From the NCBI GenBank assembly GCA_031400185.1, contig JANNPN010000182.1, positions 5,895 to 69,894 on the forward strand: a stretch of DNA of 64,000 nucleotides. The letters are read 5' to 3'. The position numbers and the translations under genes are program-made. Below the pieces are notes generated by a model that saw only the letters and a list, made by a program, of their open reading frames with translations, ran no database searches and had not been told where the DNA came from. This document shows positions 37,050 through 46,860 of this stretch, one piece after another. The stretch's first letter is position 1. Each line of letters opens with the position of its first letter. This DNA is from Polyangiaceae bacterium (lineage in GTDB: Bacteria > Desulfobacterota > Binatia > UTPRO1).

Positions 37050-38702
37050 ATGAGCGAGAAGCGTGCAATTGCCCGTGCCGCGGGGCTGGTTGGGGGTCTC
37101 ACGGTTGTGTCGCGCGTGACGGGTCTGCTGCGCGACATCGTCGTGGGATACCTCTTCGGGGCAGGGACGGCCGCTGACGCGTTCTTCGTCGCTTACCGGA
37201 TCCCCAACCTGTTGCGCCGTCTGGTCGCGGAGGGGGCCGCGACGGCTGCGTTCATCCCCGTCTTCACGGGGTATCTCTCCGGCGGGCCGCGGAGCGAGGC
37301 CGACCGCGTCGCCCGGCTGCTCTTCACGATGATGGCCGTCGTGCTCTCCACGCTGACGGTTCTCGGCATCGTCTTCGCAGGGCCGATCACGGAGCTCTTC
37401 GCGCCCGGGTTCGCCGCGGTGCCAGGGAAGCTCGAGCTCACCGTGCAGCTCACGCGGCTCGTATTCCCGTACATCTTTTGCATCGGCATGGTCGCGGCGG
37501 CGATGGGCGTGCTGAACGCGCTGCGTGACTTCTTCGCGCCGGCGATGTCGCCGGTCGTCATGAATGTGGTCATGGTGGTCGCGACCATCGCGCTCGCGCC
37601 CTGGCTCGGAATCTACAGCCTCGCCGTCGCCGTGCTGTTCGGCGGGGTCGCGCAGATGGCCTCGCAGCTACCGGCGCTGCGGAGGCTCGCGATCCCGCTC
37701 GCGCCGCTCTGGGCGCCGCGGCATCCCGCGGCGAAGCGGGTCGGGGCCTTAATGCTCCCGACGGTGTTCGGCTCGGCGGTCTACCAGATCAACGTGCTCG
37801 TGAGCACGATGTTCGCGTCGCTCCTGCCGGCCGGCAGCGTCGCGTTCCTCTGGTACGCCGAGCGCCTCTTCGAGTTCCCGCTCGGCGTCTTCGCGGTCGC
37901 GCTCAGCACGGCGGCGCTCCCGAGCTTCGCGACGCTCGCAAAGCACGATCTCGCCGCCTTCCGCGACACCGTCGGGTTCGCGCTTCGGCTCGTGAACCTG
38001 ATCGCGTTGCCGGCCGCCGTCGGGCTCGCGCTCACCGCCGAGCCGTTGACCTCGGTGCTCTTCGTCCGCGGGCAGTTCACGCCGGCCGACGCCGCGTCGA
38101 CCGCGGTCGCGGTGCGCTACTACGCAGTCGGGCTCTGGTCGGTCGCCTGTGTGCGGGTGTTGGTGCCGGCCTTCTACGCGCTCGAAGACACACGGACGCC
38201 GGTCGTGACGGCCACCGCGGCGTTCCTTGCGAACCTGCTGTTCGTCGTGCTGCTGATCGGGCCGTTGACCGCGCCGCCCGATTCGCTGTTCGGGCACTGG
38301 ATGGCGGCGGCGACGCAGGCGATCGGCCTCGTCGACCTCCGCCACGGCGGCCTGGCGCTCTCGACGTCGCTCGCGGCGACGGTCAACCTGGTGCTGCTGG
38401 CGGCGTTGCTCGGCCGGAGGGTCGGCGGGTTTGCGTGGGGGTCGTGGCTCGCGTCGCTATTCCGCACCGCGATCGCGTCGCTCGCGATGGTCCCGATCGT
38501 GCTCGCGATCGTGTCGCGCGTCGCGTGGTTCGATGGCCTCGTTCCGCTGCACGTGCGGATCGCCTGGCTCCTGCTTGCGGTCGGCGCCGGGGCCGCGGTC
38601 TGCGCGCTCGTGTTGAACCTGATCGGTGGGGCAGAAGTCGCGTCGTTCCGGCGCGCGCTCGTCTCGCGGGTCACCCGTCGTGCGACGCCCCGGGCCTCAT
38701 AG
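37050..38702 (+). CDS. murJ: lipid II flippase MurJ (MviN)
   Basis: MSEKRAIARAAGLVGGLTVVSRVTGLLRDIVVGYLFGAG...AFFVAYRIPNLLRRL. About 14 TM helices. Confidence 0.9.
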   Translation: MSEKRAIARAAGLVGGLTVVSRVTGLLRDIVVGYLFGAGTAADAFFVAYRIPNLLRRLVAEGAATAAFIPVFTGYLSGGPRSEADRVARLLFTMMAVVLSTLTVLGIVFAGPITELFAPGFAAVPGKLELTVQLTRLVFPYIFCIGMVAAAMGVLNALRDFFAPAMSPVVMNVVMVVATIALAPWLGIYSLAVAVLFGGVAQMASQLPALRRLAIPLAPLWAPRHPAAKRVGALMLPTVFGSAVYQINVLVSTMFASLLPAGSVAFLWYAERLFEFPLGVFAVALSTAALPSFATLAKHDLAAFRDTVGFALRLVNLIALPAAVGLALTAEPLTSVLFVRGQFTPADAASTAVAVRYYAVGLWSVACVRVLVPAFYALEDTRTPVVTATAAFLANLLFVVLLIGPLTAPPDSLFGHWMAAATQAIGLVDLRHGGLALSTSLAATVNLVLLAALLGRRVGGFAWGSWLASLFRTAIASLAMVPIVLAIVSRVAWFDGLVPLHVRIAWLLLAVGAGAAVCALVLNLIGGAEVASFRRALVSRVTRRATPRAS

Positions 38703-39506
38703 CGCGGAGCCCGGATCCTCGTCGCGCTCGGCCGCCTTCTCCGCGTCCCACAGCGCCTCCAGCTCGGGTTGCGGGACCGCGTGGATGTCGCGCCCCTCCG
38801 CCACGAGCGCGCGCTCGATCCCGCGGAATCGGCGCGAGAAGCGCGCGAGCGCCTCGCGGAGACACACTTCGACGTTCTGATCCGCGAGGCGCCCGACGCT
38901 CGCGAGCGCGAAAAGCGCGTCGCCGAGCTCGTGAGCGACACGGCTGCCGACCCCGCTTGCGAGGGCCTCTTCGAGCTCTCGGATCTCCTCGTGCACCTTG
39001 CCCATCGCCGCCTCCGGCGACGACCAGTCGAAGCCGACCCGCGCCGCTTTCTCGCCCATACGATGCGCGGCGTGCAGCGCGGGAAGCTCGCGGGGAAGGC
39101 CACTCAGGATCGAGGTATCCGCCGCCGCGCCCTTCTTCGCACGCTCGTCCGCCTTGATCCGCGACCAGTTGCGTAAGACCTCGTCGGTATCGGCGACCGT
39201 CGTGTTGCCGAAGACGTGCGGATGGCGGCGCACCATCTTGTCGATCGTGCCGGTGACGACGTCGTCGATGGTGAAGCGTCCGGCGGCAGCCGCCATGTCC
39301 GCCTGGAAGACGATCTGCAAGAGTAGGTCGCCGAGCTCGTCGCGGAGGTCCGCCGGGTCGTCGCGATCGAGCGCGTCGAGGGCCTCGTACGACTCTTCGA
39401 GGAGACAGCCGCGAAGACTCTGCGGCGTTTGCTCGCGATCCCACGGGCAACCGTCGGGACCACGCAGGCGGCGGACGACGTCGACGAGTTCGCTGAATCG
39501 GCTCAT
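38697..39506 (-). CDS. mazG: nucleoside triphosphate pyrophosphohydrolase MazG
   Basis: Tandem MazG domains with EExYE motifs (LLEESYEALDA; HEEIRELEEALA). ATG at 39506. Confidence 0.85.
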   Translation of the reverse strand: MSRFSELVDVVRRLRGPDGCPWDREQTPQSLRGCLLEESYEALDALDRDDPADLRDELGDLLLQIVFQADMAAAAGRFTIDDVVTGTIDKMVRRHPHVFGNTTVADTDEVLRNWSRIKADERAKKGAAADTSILSGLPRELPALHAAHRMGEKAARVGFDWSSPEAAMGKVHEEIRELEEALASGVGSRVAHELGDALFALASVGRLADQNVEVCLREALARFSRRFRGIERALVAEGRDIHAVPQPELEALWDAEKAAERDEDPGSAL

Positions 39507-39603
39507 CGTGCAAACGTTCCGAGGTCGATGGCGGTTGTCAAATCGCGGGTCGCCGACGGGCAATGCGGTTGCGGCAGCCCGGGGACGCCGTTAGGCTCCG
39601 TGC

Positions 39604-39855
39604 ATGGCGAGGGTGATCGTCTACACGACGCAAATGTGTCCGTACTGCGTGCAAGCGAAGCGACTGCTCGGCGAGAAGTCTATTCCCTACGACGAGATCG
39701 ACGTCGGCAGCGACGCCGCGGTCCGCGACGAGATGATCCAGAAGGCGGGGGGTCGTCGGACGGTGCCGCAGATCTTCATCGACGGCGCGCACGTAGGCGG
39801 ATACACCGAGCTCCGCGCGCTGGCGGACAAAGGCGGTCTCACGGGGCTTCCGTAG
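39604..39855 (+). CDS. grxC: glutaredoxin 3
   Basis: The CPYC active site (YTTQMCPYCVQAKRLL) and TVPQIFIDG. Confidence 0.9.
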   Translation: MARVIVYTTQMCPYCVQAKRLLGEKSIPYDEIDVGSDAAVRDEMIQKAGGRRTVPQIFIDGAHVGGYTELRALADKGGLTGLP

Positions 39856-39867
39856 GCGCGGCAGTGT

Positions 39868-40425
39868 TCAGTCGGCGTCGGCGCCGAACGTTACGTCGAT
39901 TTGCAGCTCTTCGCTGATCGCCTGGAGCCGTCGTCCAAGCGCTGCCCCGTCCACCTGCTGAGGCACGTCGAGATCCATCCGCATCGTGTAGATCGGCGTC
40001 CCGCTCTCGGGCTCCGGCCGCGACTGGGTGGTCATCGCGGCGATCGTGACCGCGTGATCGGCGAGGCAGCGCGCGATCTTCGCGACGATCCCGGCGCGAT
40101 CGACGCCGATCGCCTGCAAGCCGTAGCGCTGGGCGCGGGCGCGGGTCGCGTACGGCACCGGCTCCCCTTCGAGAGGCCGGAAGAAGACGGTCAGGCGCTT
40201 CTCCCACTCGAGACGCTTGCAGCCAGACGAAAGGCGTTGTTCCGCGTCCGCGCTCGCCGAGGAGAGCAGCAACAGCACGGCGAACTCGCTCCCAAGGATC
40301 GTCATGCTCGAGTCCTCGAGGTTGCAGTCACACTCGTAGATGAGCTCGGCGAGGTCGGCGACGATGCCGGGGCGGTCGCGTCCAATGGCCGACAGCGCGT
40401 ACCAGCTCTTCATGGCGTCGCGCAT
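39868..40425 (-). CDS. ACT-domain protein, GcvR-like (glycine cleavage system regulator family)
   Basis: Two ACT domains (LSAIGRDRPGIVADLAELI; LQAIGVDRAGIVAKIARCLA). ATG at 40425 with GAGCGG upstream. ATG at 40413 is an alternative. Confidence 0.7.
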   Translation of the reverse strand: MRDAMKSWYALSAIGRDRPGIVADLAELIYECDCNLEDSSMTILGSEFAVLLLLSSASADAEQRLSSGCKRLEWEKRLTVFFRPLEGEPVPYATRARAQRYGLQAIGVDRAGIVAKIARCLADHAVTIAAMTTQSRPEPESGTPIYTMRMDLDVPQQVDGAALGRRLQAISEELQIDVTFGADAD

Positions 40426-40445
40426 AGCGGCCGCTCTGGTCGTGG

Positions 40446-41255
40446 TCAATCGGCGGCGGAGGCGGCGAGCTCGAGCCCGCCGAAGAAGGCGAGGATCGCG
40501 GCCGTGAAAAGCGCTGGCATTTCGATCGGCAGATTGTGTCCCGCGTCCGGCACCATGACGAGCCGCGAACGCGGAATGCGACGCGACAGGATTACCGAGC
40601 CCCCCGGCGGCGTCATCTGGTCGGCGAGGCCCTGGAGGATGAGCGTCGGGGCGCGGACGGCGCCGAGCTCTTGGGTCCAGTTGTACGCGCCGAAGGCACG
40701 GGCGCTCGCGGCGTAGGCCCGCGGGTCGTTCGCGCGAGTCTGCTCCGCGAGCGCACGGACCGCGTCGGGGTATGCCGCCGCGAACGCGGGACCGAAGCCG
40801 CGCGGATCCGGGTCGCGGTCGGCAGGACCGAACCCGCTCCGCTCGATCGTGTCGGCGAGGCGGTTCCACGCCACTGCGGCCTTCGGGCCGACCTCGCTCG
40901 ACGTGCTCGCGAGTACGAGACCGAGCGCGCGCTCCGGGAAGTCGAGGGCGAAACGCTGCGCGACCACGCCGCCGCCGGAATGGCCGACGACGTACGCCGT
41001 CGGGGATCCGACGTGGTCGAGCAGCCCCGCGAGATCGCGGGCGAAGAGTGTCGGGGAATAGGGGCCCGTCGGCGTGTCGGACCGACCCGCGCCCCGGAGG
41101 TCCCAGCGCAAGACCCGGTAGCGCTTCGCCAGCGCGTCGACGTGCGGCGCGAAGAACTCGAGCCGGCCGCCGAGGCCGTGCGTCAACACCACGAGCGGAC
41201 CGATTTCGCCGGTCAGCTCGTAGTGTAGACGCACTCCTGCGACGCTCGCATCCAC
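40446..41255 (-). CDS. alpha/beta-fold hydrolase
   Basis: HGLGG oxyanion motif and a GHSGGG nucleophile elbow. 269 aa. Confidence 0.8.
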   Translation of the reverse strand: MDASVAGVRLHYELTGEIGPLVVLTHGLGGRLEFFAPHVDALAKRYRVLRWDLRGAGRSDTPTGPYSPTLFARDLAGLLDHVGSPTAYVVGHSGGGVVAQRFALDFPERALGLVLASTSSEVGPKAAVAWNRLADTIERSGFGPADRDPDPRGFGPAFAAAYPDAVRALAEQTRANDPRAYAASARAFGAYNWTQELGAVRAPTLILQGLADQMTPPGGSVILSRRIPRSRLVMVPDAGHNLPIEMPALFTAAILAFFGGLELAASAAD

Positions 41256-41315
41256 GGCGAGCGCAGCTTTAGCGCAACCTCGTCCGCCCGGGAAAGCGTA
41301 CCCGGTCCGTGACCG

Positions 41316-41726
41316 TCAAGCCGAGTCGGCGAAGATGAGCGGTTGCTTCCCAGCGAGCAGCCGACGCCGCGCCGCCGGGCTCCGGTTCGCTGATGCGACC
41401 CTCCAGCGCCACGCGATGAGCGCACGCCGGAGCGGCTCGTGGGCGAGGCCCAGGGCATCGCACACGTTGACGAAGGAATAGAGCCAACGGCGGTCGTCGG
41501 ACAGGATCCAGCGCTCGGCCTCGTTGGGCCGTGTGGGGGAGCCCGCAGTCCCGACCACGCGTCGTTGGAACACGACGATGGCGTCGCAAAGAACCGCCAA
41601 CAGGAGTCGACGTTCTGGTTCCGCTACCTCGAGCGCCCGGGTAGTCTCGGCAAACTGCTCGGGCAGGAGCGGGAACGTGTCATCCCACTGATGATCTCCA
41701 CGATGGAGCATTGCAGGGTTTGACAT
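41316..41726 (-). CDS. hypothetical protein (136 aa), last gene of the CDP-alcohol cluster
   Basis: ATG at 41726 with an AGAGGA RBS 7 nt upstream. Coding-like codon usage. The upstream 340 codons of the listed ORF are Arg-rich antisense-type junk and were excluded. Confidence 0.6.
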   Translation of the reverse strand: MSNPAMLHRGDHQWDDTFPLLPEQFAETTRALEVAEPERRLLLAVLCDAIVVFQRRVVGTAGSPTRPNEAERWILSDDRRWLYSFVNVCDALGLAHEPLRRALIAWRWRVASANRSPAARRRLLAGKQPLIFADSA

Positions 41727-41827
41727 GGCGTTATCCTCTCTACTGGCAGGTACGCAGGTCCTCGGCGGGAAGTTTCGCATGCCGGGTGCCCCGCTCCGGC
41801 GCGGCGCGTCAGTTCGCCCGCACGGAG

Positions 41828-42955
41828 TCAGGCCGTGGCGCGGCGGCCGAGAGCGATCAACGCGATCGAGAAGGCATACGTCCCGAGCGCCGACATCCAG
41901 AGGAACCAGTCGAGGCGTCCGACGAGCGTCAAGCCCACGAGCAGATAGGCGAACTCCCGGCTCGCGAAGGCCTCGTAGACCGTTCGTTGGGCGTCTGTCG
42001 GAGGCCGGCGCACGATACACGTGTAGACGGTCGTCATCGCCAGCAGCACGCCGGTGAGGAGCACCCAACCCAGCACGGCTACGGTCGGGTCGCCGCTCCG
42101 ACGATGGAGGCCGCTCGCGATGCCGCCGAAGAGGAAGAGGTGGACGAGGTTGTCCCCGAGGATGTCGAGCTTCGCGCCGAAGGAGCTCTCGCGAAACGTG
42201 AGACGGGCGATCTCGCCGTCGCAGCCGTCGATGATCGTCGAGAGCAGGAAAAGCAGCGCGCCGCACATCGCTGCACCCGGCGTCCCGCGCGCGAAGCACA
42301 ACCCGCCGGCGATCCCGATGGCGATCGATGCAATCGTCACCTGGTTCGGCGAAATGCCCGTCGGGAGCAGCAGGCGTGTGAGCGCGCGTGAGAAGCGCCG
42401 GTCGACCACGCGTGTGAACCAGCCGTCGCCGGTACGCCCGATGCGCGCGTAGAGCGCGAGCTCGGCGGCGATGCGGCTTTCGGCGTCGCGCGCGCTCGTC
42501 ACGAGCCCGCCCGGGGGCGGGGTCCACGCGGTCGCCTCCGCGGGCGGTGCCAGGGAGGCGGCATCCCGAGCGTCGCGGAGCTGCGCAGCGACGGTTGCGC
42601 CGTCTGCGCGCCAGAGGCAGGCCGGGGGCGGCGCCGCGAGGGGACGCGACTCGGTGGCGGCGACGAGCGCGGCGATCGTCGCGGGCTCCGTGACGGTGGT
42701 CGCCGCAGTGACCACGACGATCGCCGTGGCGTCGTAGCTCCATGGAGGCGCGTCAGCGCTCCAGCCGACCGCGATCTGCGGCAGGCGCAAGGGCATCGAC
42801 GGTCGCGGGCCCACGCAGAGGAGCCGTCGCGCGCCCGCGCGTGCGAGCACGAACGCGGCGCGTTCCACGAGGCGAAGACCACCGACGATCTCGCCCGCGC
42901 CCGGACCGACTGCGATCACCCCGTCAAAGGGCGGCCCGGCCCCGGCGTCAGGCAC
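41828..42955 (-). CDS. fusion protein: N-terminal nucleotidyltransferase-like domain + CDP-alcohol phosphatidyltransferase (DIPP-synthase-like architecture)
   Basis: The C-terminal TM region carries the CDP-OH phosphotransferase motif DGCDGEIARL...G...D...D. The N-terminal ~215 aa are soluble with a degenerate G-rich loop (IAVGPGAGEIVGGLRL). The GTG start overlaps the upstream stop. Confidence 0.8.
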   Translation of the reverse strand: MPDAGAGPPFDGVIAVGPGAGEIVGGLRLVERAAFVLARAGARRLLCVGPRPSMPLRLPQIAVGWSADAPPWSYDATAIVVVTAATTVTEPATIAALVAATESRPLAAPPPACLWRADGATVAAQLRDARDAASLAPPAEATAWTPPPGGLVTSARDAESRIAAELALYARIGRTGDGWFTRVVDRRFSRALTRLLLPTGISPNQVTIASIAIGIAGGLCFARGTPGAAMCGALLFLLSTIIDGCDGEIARLTFRESSFGAKLDILGDNLVHLFLFGGIASGLHRRSGDPTVAVLGWVLLTGVLLAMTTVYTCIVRRPPTDAQRTVYEAFASREFAYLLVGLTLVGRLDWFLWMSALGTYAFSIALIALGRRATA

Positions 42956-44027
42956 CGCTGGTCGGATTCGAGGGCCGCGCGTCCGGGACCGGGTCGACCA
43001 GTATCACGCGCACGCCGCCGTTCGCCGCCGATTGATAGCCCCGCTCGACCAGCCGGCAGCAGGCTTCGGCCTCGCGAAAGTTCTCGCCGCGCACGTTCGG
43101 ATCGTGCAGCTCCTGATGGAAGTCATCGAGCATCGTCGCGAACCAGTCCGCGTGATACGAGCCTGCGGACAGCGGCTGCGCGAAGGCCGTTTCAACCGGC
43201 GTGCGCTCGCCGACCGCCGTGACGAGCGTCCGATCGGCGATCGTCACGCTGCCGAGCGCGCCGGTCACCATGCCGGTGTTGCGGCGCACGTCACCCGCCC
43301 ACGTGAGGAAGATTTCTGCCCGCGCATTCGGGAACTCGACCGCGCACTCGGCGGTGTCCTCGACGCCGGCCGTAGTGAACTTGCGCTGCGAGGTGACGGC
43401 TGTGATCGCGACCGGGTCGGCGTCGACGAGATGCCGTGCCAGATAAAAGGCATGCCATCCGTGGTCCACCATGATGCCGCCGCCGGCGCGCGCAGGATCG
43501 AGCCGCCATGTGCCGCCGTCGCCTGCGTCCGTCGGCGGTGTCGTACGGATCGTCTCGAGCCGGACGTGCGTGACCGCGCCGACGTCGCCGCGCCGGAGCG
43601 TGCGCTTCGCTGTGCGGATGATCGGCGCGTACTTCCAGTTGTGGGTCGTGAACACCACCGCGCGCGCCGCGCTCGCGGCGCTCCGGATTCGGCGGCACTC
43701 GTCCCACTGGACCGTGAGCGGCTTTTCGCAGAGCACGTGCACCCGTTTTGCGAGGGCCTCGAGCACGATCGCGGTGTGGCTCGCGGGCGGGGTCGCGACG
43801 TCGACGAAGTCGAGGCGCTCGGTCTTGAGCAGCTCCTCGAGCGTCGCGTAACGCTTCGCGGTTGGCAGGAGCTCGGCCGCAAGCGCGAGGCGCGCCTCGT
43901 CGGAATCGCACACGGCCACGATCGTGAACTGCCGGTGCTTCTGCCATGCGGGCAGGTGGCCCTCGACGGCGACGTTGCCAAACCCGACGATCGCGCCGCG
44001 AAGCGGTCGGGGACGTCGCGCGGTCAC
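42948..44027 (-). CDS. Gfo/Idh/MocA family NAD(P)-dependent oxidoreductase (inositol/sugar dehydrogenase-like)
   Basis: GAIVGFGNVAVEGHLPAW Rossmann motif and the EKP motif (VLCEKPL). ATGA overlap with the upstream aminotransferase. Confidence 0.85.
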   Translation of the reverse strand: MTARRPRPLRGAIVGFGNVAVEGHLPAWQKHRQFTIVAVCDSDEARLALAAELLPTAKRYATLEELLKTERLDFVDVATPPASHTAIVLEALAKRVHVLCEKPLTVQWDECRRIRSAASAARAVVFTTHNWKYAPIIRTAKRTLRRGDVGAVTHVRLETIRTTPPTDAGDGGTWRLDPARAGGGIMVDHGWHAFYLARHLVDADPVAITAVTSQRKFTTAGVEDTAECAVEFPNARAEIFLTWAGDVRRNTGMVTGALGSVTIADRTLVTAVGERTPVETAFAQPLSAGSYHADWFATMLDDFHQELHDPNVRGENFREAEACCRLVERGYQSAANGGVRVILVDPVPDARPSNPTSGA

Positions 44028-45346
44028 GGCGTCCCGAGCTCGGCTGCGGCGCGCGCGAACACCTGGTCCAGGATGTCGAGACCATGGTCCGCTTGCTCGC
44101 GCGTGATCGTGAGGGGCGGATTGATCCGGACGCGCGGGAAGTAGCCCATCATCAGGAGGCCGTGCTGCAGTGCATCGAGGAAGATGTGCTCGGTCGCGGA
44201 TCGGCTCAGCAGCTCGTTCGTCGAGCGATCGGCGACGAGGTCCACCCCGATCATGAGGCCGACGCCGCGCACGTCGCCGATGAACGCATATTTCTCCTGC
44301 ATGGCGCGTAGGCGATCGAGCATGTGGGCCCCGACTTGCGCGGCATGCTCGACCAGGCCCTCGTCCACGATAGCCTCGAGCGTCGCGAGCGCGGCCGTCG
44401 ACGCGAGGGGGTTGCCGCCGTAACTCGAGGATGACGCGCTCGCACGCGCGAACGGCTCGGCCGAGACCACGTCATCGGACGAGATGAGCCCGCTGATCGG
44501 ATACCCGTTCCCCATTCCCTTGCCGACGGTCAGGATGTCCGGGACCACGTCGGTGTGGTTGCAGCCGAACCACCGGCCGGTGCGTCCGAAGCCAGTAATC
44601 ATCTCGTCCGCGATCAGGAGCGCACCGATATCCTTGGCGATGTCTTGAATCGCGGGCAGGAACTCGCGGGGCGGAATGACGTTCCCCGCCGTACCCTGCA
44701 TCGGCTCGATGACGATCGCCGCGACCGCACCCGAGGTCTGGCGCTTGATCGCTTGGCGGGCGAAATCCGCGCACGCGAGTCCGCAGTCGGGGTAGCGGAG
44801 CTGAAACGGACACCGTGCGCAATCGGCGTATGGCACTGAAAACCGTCCGCCTGGCAGCGGTCCCCATCCGTGCTTCGACTCGTCGCCGATGAGCCCCATG
44901 ACGCCGGCGGTCTTGCCGTGGAACCCGCCCCAAAATCCGACGATCTCGTGCTTTCCCGTGAAGGACATGGCGAGACGGAACGCCGCCTCGACCGCCTCCG
45001 CGCCGCCGCTGTAGAGCTGTGTGCGGCCGAGGTTCCCGGGTGCGAGCTTGGCGATCAGCTTCAGCAGCTTCGCGCGGTTCTCGGTCGTGAAGCTGCCGAC
45101 TGAGATGCGGCGGAGCTGCGCTTCGACTTTCTCGATGTAGCTGGGGTGCGCGTGCCCGAGGCTTGCCACCGCGACGCCGGCAAAGAAATCGAGGTAAGTG
45201 TTGCCGTCGAGGTCGGTGACGGTGGCGCCGCGTCCGGAGGCGAGCGCAAGCTCCGAGAGCAGCGCGATGCGTTGCTGCCCGGGCGCGACCACCGCTTGCT
45301 CGTCGCGGAAGAGGCTGCGGGTCTTGGGGCCGGGTTTCTTATCCAT
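44024..45346 (-). CDS. class-III (GabT/ornithine-type) PLP-dependent aminotransferase
   Basis: Aminotran_3 motifs are present (DEMITGFGRTGRWFG; the lysine in TVGKGMGNG). AAGGA RBS before the ATG at 45346. Confidence 0.85.
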   Translation of the reverse strand: MDKKPGPKTRSLFRDEQAVVAPGQQRIALLSELALASGRGATVTDLDGNTYLDFFAGVAVASLGHAHPSYIEKVEAQLRRISVGSFTTENRAKLLKLIAKLAPGNLGRTQLYSGGAEAVEAAFRLAMSFTGKHEIVGFWGGFHGKTAGVMGLIGDESKHGWGPLPGGRFSVPYADCARCPFQLRYPDCGLACADFARQAIKRQTSGAVAAIVIEPMQGTAGNVIPPREFLPAIQDIAKDIGALLIADEMITGFGRTGRWFGCNHTDVVPDILTVGKGMGNGYPISGLISSDDVVSAEPFARASASSSSYGGNPLASTAALATLEAIVDEGLVEHAAQVGAHMLDRLRAMQEKYAFIGDVRGVGLMIGVDLVADRSTNELLSRSATEHIFLDALQHGLLMMGYFPRVRINPPLTITREQADHGLDILDQVFARAAAELGTP

Positions 45347-46154
45347 ACCGTCCTTGCCTATGGCGAGCGGCCGCTCCGAGCCGGTCGGCGACGTAGCCGG
45401 CAATGGCGTCGGCGGCTTCGTCGCGGCAGCGTGCGAAGCTCGGCCAATCGTTGACGTCGACGAGGAACGGGGTGCCGGCGGGTGTCACGACGAGGTCGCC
45501 GCCGAAGACGTCGAGCCCGAGCGCGGATGCGCCGGCGTGGGCGGCTTCCCAGAGCACGGGGATGGGCGCGGGGATCTCGGATGTCGAGCCGTAGCAGCGA
45601 AAGAAGCGACCGTCCGCGACGCCGTAGAACTTCACGACCACGCCGCCGACGTGATCCTGCACGACGGCCCGTGTGATGCCGCGGGCCGCGAACTGCGCGA
45701 GCGCCTCCCGCACGCCCGACGAGGTGTCGGCGAAAACGACGTCGTCGGCCGCCATCGCATGGACGTCGCCGCGTTTCACCCAGCACGGTGCGTGCTGGGC
45801 GACGTTCGATGCTGCAGTGTCGGTTGCGACGATGCGGGTTCGTGGGTACGGCGCCGACGTCGCTGCGAGGCGCCGCACCGTCTCGTGGCGATGGCAGGCG
45901 CGAATCGCGTCGGGCGCATTGATGACCGGGATGCTCCCGGCGACGTCGTCGAGCACCGCCAGGCTCCGGGGCGATTGGCACATCGCAAGCACCGCTGCCG
46001 GCCGTTCGCGTGCGAGATCGTCGACCGTCCCGAGCGCCATCGCGATGCCGCGCGCGGCCAGCGCATCGCGCGTGCGCTCGAGGATCGCAGCATCGTCGTC
46101 GACGCGGCCCGGAGAGTACTCGGGCTCGCGGAGCATCCCTACGAGGAGCGTCAT
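45339..46154 (-). CDS. ATP-grasp-like protein (putative ligase/kinase)
   Basis: The C-terminal region GVVVKFYGVADGRFF...DVFGGDLVVTPAGTPFLVDVNDWPSF resembles an ATP-grasp fold. The assignment is tentative. Confidence 0.55.
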   Translation of the reverse strand: MTLLVGMLREPEYSPGRVDDDAAILERTRDALAARGIAMALGTVDDLARERPAAVLAMCQSPRSLAVLDDVAGSIPVINAPDAIRACHRHETVRRLAATSAPYPRTRIVATDTAASNVAQHAPCWVKRGDVHAMAADDVVFADTSSGVREALAQFAARGITRAVVQDHVGGVVVKFYGVADGRFFRCYGSTSEIPAPIPVLWEAAHAGASALGLDVFGGDLVVTPAGTPFLVDVNDWPSFARCRDEAADAIAGYVADRLGAAARHRQGRYG

Positions 46155-46161
46155 CGGTGCT

Positions 46162-46860
46162 TCACGGCTTCACGCCGAGCAGGTGCTCGGCGGCGACGAT
46201 GTCCTCGGGGCGATCGACGTCGATGCATGGTCCCACGTCGAATCCGTAGAGGGGATGACCGCGGGCGAGCAGGGCCGCGAGGATCGCGCGAAAAGCCGTG
46301 AAACGTCGCGCCGGCGCGTCATCCGCGAGGCCATACACGAGGGGTTGCAGGAAGTAAACGCCGGCCGTCACGTGGCGTGCGCGCATCGCGTCGCCGAGCG
46401 ATCGAATGCGCTCCGCGGCGTCGACCTCGGCCCAGAGGGGCTTCTCGTCGTCGACCGTTTCCGTGACCCCGAGCACGCTCGTCCCCGGGGGAAGGTCGCA
46501 CGCGCGCCGCACGAGCGCCGCGAGCGCGCCCGGGTTGCACACGGTGTCGACCGTTGTGAGTAAGAACGGCGCGTGCTCGAGGTGGGGCCTGAGCGCGAGG
46601 AAGCTCTCGGCCGAGCTGACCGTCGTACGCTGGACGACGTCGAGCGGGACGGGCCACGCCGTCGCGTGCAGATAGTTTCGCACGAGATCGGTCTCGGCGT
46701 TCACGATGCACGCGATGCGCGTCGCCCCGGCGCCAGCGAGCGCGTCGATCGTGCGTGCGATGAGCGGCCGGCCGCCGATTTCGAGAAGCGGCTTCGGCGT
46801 GGTGATCCCACGCGCCTGGAGGCGCTCGCCGAGCCCGGCGGCGATGATTCCCGCGATCAT
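46162..46860 (-). CDS. nucleotidyltransferase (NTP_transferase / MobA-like; candidate CTP:alcohol-phosphate cytidylyltransferase)
   Basis: MIAGIIAAGLGERL...PKPLLEIGGRPLI matches the G-rich loop and substrate loop of sugar/alcohol-phosphate nucleotidyltransferases. ATGA overlap with the upstream HAD gene. Confidence 0.8.
   Translation of the reverse strand: MIAGIIAAGLGERLQARGITTPKPLLEIGGRPLIARTIDALAGAGATRIACIVNAETDLVRNYLHATAWPVPLDVVQRTTVSSAESFLALRPHLEHAPFLLTTVDTVCNPGALAALVRRACDLPPGTSVLGVTETVDDEKPLWAEVDAAERIRSLGDAMRARHVTAGVYFLQPLVYGLADDAPARRFTAFRAILAALLARGHPLYGFDVGPCIDVDRPEDIVAAEHLLGVKP

Noticed and set aside
39868-40869. Full 333-aa ORF for the ACT-domain gene, plus the long upstream extensions of the hisG, purM, purN, comF, mazG and 41316 ORFs
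   Set aside because: The upstream portions are Arg/Pro-rich with no similarity to the respective families. Internal ATG or GTG codons with RBS-like sequences give proteins of the expected family length.
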